From Chthoniobacteraceae bacterium (lineage in GTDB: Bacteria; Verrucomicrobiota; Verrucomicrobiia; Chthoniobacterales; Chthoniobacteraceae), in NCBI GenBank assembly GCA_037190965.1, contig JBBCKI010000045.1, positions 1 through 64,000 of the forward strand: DNA of 64,000 nt, in the 5' to 3' direction. The notes beneath the pieces are model-generated. The model saw only the letters and a program-made list of their open reading frames with translations, was not told the origin of the DNA and ran no database searches. Below are positions 59,586-64,000 of the stretch, piece after piece (the first letter of the stretch is position 1; each line of letters opens with the position of its first letter). The translations under genes and the position numbers were made by a program.

Positions 59586-60538
59586 TGCCCCCCTCTTTGC
59601 AATCCATCACACCTTCCATCGCCATCTGCATCCCGACTCATGGGCGGCTTGATCTGGTCAAGGAAGCCCTCGCATCGGCGCTCAATCAGACGCATCCTCC
59701 TTCCGAGGTACTGGTCAGCGACGACTGCGGAGATCCCAAGGTTCGCGCGCTGGTGGAGAAAGCCGCGCCGGGCCTCCCCTTCCCCCTTCGCTACTTGCAT
59801 TGCACCGAGGGCCCGGGCCAGGCCGAGAATGTGAATCACGCCCTGCGTGCCGTTTGCTCGGATCTGCTCCTGTTGCTTCACGATGACGACCTGCTGCTGC
59901 CCCGGTGTCTCGAAATCCTTGTGGAGCCCTTTCTCCGCGAGCCGGGCCTTCTGGCTTCCTACGGAAACCAGGTTGTCGTTGACAGCCAGGGGGAAGAACT
60001 TCCAGTGCTCTCGGAGGCGCTCAACCACAACCACCATCGAACGTCGGACCGCGTGGGCATTCAGGAATGCTCGTTTTGCGCGGGTATTCTCGGTCAATTC
60101 CCGAACAATGCCTACCTGATCCGCTCCGAAGTCGCAAAAACCGTCGGCTATGACCTGATGAAAGGAGCCGCCATGGACCGGGATTTCGGAATTCGCTGCG
60201 CCGAACATGGAACCTATTACTACACAGGCAAACCGACCGCGAAGTACCGCCTGAGCGTGGACTCCATCGTGCGCGGAGCGGGCGAGATCAACGACAATTC
60301 CGCCTTCATGTTCGCCCGTCTGCTGGAAGACCTGCACCCGGCCGATCCGAAGTGCAAGGCCATGGTCGATTACTGTTACGAGGAAATCCTGCCTGCAGCC
60401 ATCGCCCAAGCCGCCCGGCTTGCGCGCATCCGTGCCGGGTGGGCTTGGTATCTCTCACCGGCTCACGCCAAACGCATCTTTACCCTGGGGGGCCTGCGCC
60501 GGGCAGGAATGCTCTTGCGCGCCACTATCAATCAATGA
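59585..60538 (+). CDS. Glycosyltransferase family 2
   Basis: 'ICIPTH', 'S.L.QT', 'VSDD', 'LHDDD'. Confidence 0.85.
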   Translation: MPPSLQSITPSIAICIPTHGRLDLVKEALASALNQTHPPSEVLVSDDCGDPKVRALVEKAAPGLPFPLRYLHCTEGPGQAENVNHALRAVCSDLLLLLHDDDLLLPRCLEILVEPFLREPGLLASYGNQVVVDSQGEELPVLSEALNHNHHRTSDRVGIQECSFCAGILGQFPNNAYLIRSEVAKTVGYDLMKGAAMDRDFGIRCAEHGTYYYTGKPTAKYRLSVDSIVRGAGEINDNSAFMFARLLEDLHPADPKCKAMVDYCYEEILPAAIAQAARLARIRAGWAWYLSPAHAKRIFTLGGLRRAGMLLRATINQ

Positions 60539-61653
60539 CCGGAGATCCCCTCCATTCCAAAAGCCCGCTCCTGATCGTTTCGAGGATCGCCCCGGATTCC
60601 GTCGGCGGCCTCGCGAGCTATCAGCGGCATCTCGCCGCAGAGTTGGAAGCGAGGGAGATGGCCGAGGTGAGCTTTTTCGGCTCAGGCCTTGCCCGTCACC
60701 CGCTCTGGGCCAGCCTCGCCTCGCGTCCCCGGTTCCACGCGTTTCTTCAATGGTGGATTGAAGTCACCTACCGCCCTGAGATCGAAAGGCTCGCCCAACG
60801 TCCTTTCAAAGCAGTGCATTTTGTCGGGACAGGCTGGGACTTTGTCGGTTTTGCGGCGCAAGCGCTCGCGCGAAGAATCGGCGCGCGTTTCACCATCTGG
60901 CCCGCCGTTCATCCCCGGCAATGGGGCGATGACCGGATCGACCTCCGGCTCTACCGCCTTGCCGACACCGTTTTTACCCAGACGCGCCAGGAAGCAGCGC
61001 ATCTGGAAGCGCTGGGGCTTCCCCCCGGCAAAACACAACTCTGCGGCCTGCCACCGATGTGCCGACCCGACGGTTGCGGGGAGCGCCTGCGGGGCCGTCT
61101 TGCGCTGGGCGACCGTCCGGTGGTCTTCTTCCTCGGAGCACGCGGGGAACCCAAGGGCTACCCCGTCCTGCTCTCCGTCTGGCCGCTTGTTCTTGCAACC
61201 TTCCCCGACGCCGTGCTGCTGCTGGCGGGTCCCGGAGGGGAAGAGTACGCTTCCCTGCTTTCCGAACTCCCCGCCGATTCGGTACGCGACCTCGGCGTCG
61301 TCGATGAAACCGACAAAGCGGACGCCTACGCCGCCTGCGATCTCTTCTGCCTGCCGTCCGCCCACGAATCGTTCGGCATTGTCTACGCGGAGGCGTGGTC
61401 CTACGCCAAGCCGGTGGTGTGCGGCCCGGCCCCGGCCCCGCGCGAATGGATACGCGACGGCGAGACGGGGCTCCATTGCGAACAGACCCCGGAGTCCGTC
61501 GCCGACACGATCCTGAGCCTGCTGCGTAATCCGGAAATGAGACACCGCATGGGGCGGGCGGGAAGGGAGTTCCAACAAAGCCATCTAACCTGGGAAACCA
61601 TCGCGGGCCTCCACACCGCCGCATTCGGCTTTCCCCCCAAGAACCTGACTTAA
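60535..61653 (+). CDS. Glycosyltransferase family 4
   Basis: 'R...KG', 'PS..ESFGIVYAEA', 'G.TG', 'MG..GR'. Confidence 0.88.
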   Translation: MTGDPLHSKSPLLIVSRIAPDSVGGLASYQRHLAAELEAREMAEVSFFGSGLARHPLWASLASRPRFHAFLQWWIEVTYRPEIERLAQRPFKAVHFVGTGWDFVGFAAQALARRIGARFTIWPAVHPRQWGDDRIDLRLYRLADTVFTQTRQEAAHLEALGLPPGKTQLCGLPPMCRPDGCGERLRGRLALGDRPVVFFLGARGEPKGYPVLLSVWPLVLATFPDAVLLLAGPGGEEYASLLSELPADSVRDLGVVDETDKADAYAACDLFCLPSAHESFGIVYAEAWSYAKPVVCGPAPAPREWIRDGETGLHCEQTPESVADTILSLLRNPEMRHRMGRAGREFQQSHLTWETIAGLHTAAFGFPPKNLT

Positions 61654-61655
61654 AC

Positions 61656-62588
61656 GTGAACGTCAACGAGTCCCTCCCTCCCACGCCTCTCGTCAGCCTG
61701 ATCATCCCGACCTGCAATCGGACTGAGCTGCTTGCCATCTGCCTGGAAGCGCTTGTTCCGCAGATCCCCTGCGATGGCTCCGTTGAGCTGATTATCGGAG
61801 ATGATGGCCGTGACTTTCAAACCCGCGATTTTCTGGTACAGACCCACCCTTCTGCCCGATGGCATCAGGGGCCGAGGCGGGGGCCGGGCGCGAACCGGAA
61901 TGCCAGCGCGGCTCTCGCCAGGGGCCGGTGGCTCATCTTCATCGACGACGATTGCATCCCTCATCCAGGATTCCTCTCCGGTTATCTCGCCGCGTTCAGA
62001 AACTGCAATGAGAGTGCCATTGTTTTCGCGGGGGCGACTTACCGCGAAAGCGAAGATGACTTCCCGTTGATCAAGGAAGCCGCTTACCACTACGGCCAGA
62101 ACGATCTTCCCCCCGCCTGCAATTTTGCCATGCCGCGAGCGCTCTATGCCGATTGCGGCGGCTTTGATGAGCGATACCGGATCTCGTTCGAAGACATGGA
62201 ATTTTTTGCGAGACTCGGCCAAACGGGTGTGGCGGTTCGCTTTACCCCCGACGCGGCGGCGGATCACCCTTCCCGCCCACTCCCCGGCCCCGTCACGCTG
62301 GCAAAGCGATGGGAAGCCCGCGTCATCAGCAGCTATGACTTCGGAGCCTCCACGTTCGAGATCCTCTGGCGCCTGCCCAAACATATCCTCCTCGTCATCG
62401 TATCGCGCTTTCGCGGACGCAGAATGACGGAAGATAACCTCCGAGCCTTCGCCTATTTTGCCGGGGAGCTTCTGGTGACACTCTGGAAATTCCCGGGCTG
62501 GATCCTTAGGGAGCGCGAGGCCCCACGAAGTGATTTCTGGAAGAAACAACAGTCCCTTGGTAAAACTCCCCCCAACTACGGACTCTGA
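61656..62588 (+). CDS. Glycosyltransferase family 2
   Basis: 'SLIIPT.NR', 'GDDG', 'GP...RN', 'FIDDD', 'GGFDE', 'ED.E'. Confidence 0.88.
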   Translation: MNVNESLPPTPLVSLIIPTCNRTELLAICLEALVPQIPCDGSVELIIGDDGRDFQTRDFLVQTHPSARWHQGPRRGPGANRNASAALARGRWLIFIDDDCIPHPGFLSGYLAAFRNCNESAIVFAGATYRESEDDFPLIKEAAYHYGQNDLPPACNFAMPRALYADCGGFDERYRISFEDMEFFARLGQTGVAVRFTPDAAADHPSRPLPGPVTLAKRWEARVISSYDFGASTFEILWRLPKHILLVIVSRFRGRRMTEDNLRAFAYFAGELLVTLWKFPGWILREREAPRSDFWKKQQSLGKTPPNYGL

Positions 62589-62591
62589 AAT

Positions 62592-63536
62592 TTGCGCATC
62601 TCCGTCATCATTCCAACTTTCCGACGGCCGCAATTCCTTGAGAAGGCGTTGCGCGGGCTGGCATGCCAGCGCCGGGCGCCGGATCAAGTGGTTCTTGGGC
62701 TGCGGGAAGGCGATGAGGAAACCGCCCGGTTTCTGGCCACGCTTCCCGCTCAAACCCTGCCGCTGGAAACCGCCAGCACGGCGATCCCGGGAGTGATCGC
62801 CTCCATGAGCGCGGCGGCCAGGCAAACCGATGGCGAAATCGTCTGCCTGCTCGACGATGATGCGGAGCCGGAACCCGATTGGCTGGAGAAAATCGAAGCC
62901 CGATTCAACGCGGAGCCCAACCTCGGCATTCTTGGCGGGCGCGATTTGCTGCAGGATAACCCGGAAATGCGTCGCGCGGAGCCGACCACCGAGTGTGTCG
63001 GTCTCTTCAAGTGGTACGGCCGAATGCTCGGAAACCATCACCGGGGAAGCGGCCCCTACCGCCACGCCCAGATCGTCAAGGGGTGCAACGCCGCCATCCG
63101 GGGCCCGCTCTTGAGGAAAATCGGCTTCGAAGACCGGCTTCGGGGAGGAGGCGCACAGGTACATTGGGAGCTCGCTCTCTGCCTGGATGCTGCCAACGAG
63201 GGGTACGACATCGGCTATGACCCGGCCATTCGCGTGCTGCATCACGTCGCCCCTCGCCATGACGTTGACCTGACCCATCGCGGCATCTTCTCACCCCAGG
63301 GGCTTTCCGACATGGTGTGGAACGAACATTTCATCGTCGCCACGCGTTGCGGAAGAGTGCGCCGGTTCATGCATCTTGCCTGGGCTCTGATGATCGGCAC
63401 AAAGACCGCCCCGGGCGGCGTCCAATACCTGCGGTTGCTGCGCGAGGGCGATACCAACCGTGCCGCTAAGGTCAAAACCACCCTTCGCGCTCTCTGGGAC
63501 GGCCACACAGCGCCGGCGCATCCACCGAAGCCATGA
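62592..63536 (+). CDS. Glycosyltransferase family 2
   Basis: 'SVIIPTFRR', 'LDDDA', 'KGCN', 'HWE'. Confidence 0.85.
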   Translation: MRISVIIPTFRRPQFLEKALRGLACQRRAPDQVVLGLREGDEETARFLATLPAQTLPLETASTAIPGVIASMSAAARQTDGEIVCLLDDDAEPEPDWLEKIEARFNAEPNLGILGGRDLLQDNPEMRRAEPTTECVGLFKWYGRMLGNHHRGSGPYRHAQIVKGCNAAIRGPLLRKIGFEDRLRGGGAQVHWELALCLDAANEGYDIGYDPAIRVLHHVAPRHDVDLTHRGIFSPQGLSDMVWNEHFIVATRCGRVRRFMHLAWALMIGTKTAPGGVQYLRLLREGDTNRAAKVKTTLRALWDGHTAPAHPPKP

Positions 63537-64000
63537 AAGCCGTCGAGTTTTTCCAGCGGCTCTGGCGCAGGCTGGAGCTACAGCTTCCCAACCCGATCAC
63601 CCAATACCGCAGCCTGAAGTATCGGCTGCGCGGCGCACAAATCGGCAGGGGCACGCTGCTCCCCCGTTGCCGCATGCTCTGGCCGCATCAGGTCAAGATC
63701 GGCGAGAACTGCATCCTCCAGCACGACATCTTCTTCAATTACGACCATTACTGGATGCCGGGCCCCTCGATCATTCTAGGCGACCGCGTGTTTGTCGGCA
63801 ACAACGTGGAGTTCAACTGCCGCAACCGCATTGAAGTCGACGACGACGCCCTGATTGCGGCGGGCTGCCGCTTCATTGATCACGATCACGGCATGGCCCC
63901 GGGGGAATTGATCCGCAAGCAGGAGTCGGTCCTTGCGCCCATCAAGATCGGCAAAGGAGCCTGGCTCGGGGTGAACGTGGTGGTCCTCAAAGGCGTCTGC
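63533..64000 (+). CDS. Left-handed beta-helix O-acetyltransferase (runs off the window end; absent from the ORF track)
   Basis: ATG 63533 reads MKAVEFF...QVKIGENC...IILGDRVFVG...IDHDHG...PIKIGKGAWLGVNVVVLKGV. Confidence 0.85.
   Translation, partial: MKAVEFFQRLWRRLELQLPNPITQYRSLKYRLRGAQIGRGTLLPRCRMLWPHQVKIGENCILQHDIFFNYDHYWMPGPSIILGDRVFVGNNVEFNCRNRIEVDDDALIAAGCRFIDHDHGMAPGELIRKQESVLAPIKIGKGAWLGVNVVVLKGVC

Overview
GC-rich bacterial chromosomal segment. By inference from gene content, lineage-typical hypothetical proteins and repeat style it is probably Verrucomicrobiota (Chthoniobacterales-like). It holds about 60 CDS. Housekeeping genes include tyrA-aroA-cmk-plsC, hppA, ald, hisS-aspS, and one ORF fusing a low-molecular-weight phosphatase, RpiB and GlyA. 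Other loci are a coupled cbiX / DR2241-type Fe-S / amidohydrolase / D,D-carboxypeptidase cluster, DUF1800-DUF1501, a beta-CASP nuclease, olsB-olsA-like lipid genes, a LacI-linked sugar locus, a nikR-nikMNQO-TonB receptor locus with a perfect operator palindrome, and the start of a wzm/wzt glycosyltransferase cluster. Non-coding structure not explained by the ORF track: (i) four low-GC genes separated by attC-like sites with no integrase (CALIN-like, eroding); (ii) at least six copies of a structured ~140-180 bp GTAG-REP/REPIN-like element, plus two other REP-like inverted repeats; (iii) a low-GC acyltransferase-3 gene broken by a single in-frame TGA. I recognised no tRNA, rRNA, CRISPR array, integrase or transposase. 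All calls come from motif reading by eye; no searches were run.
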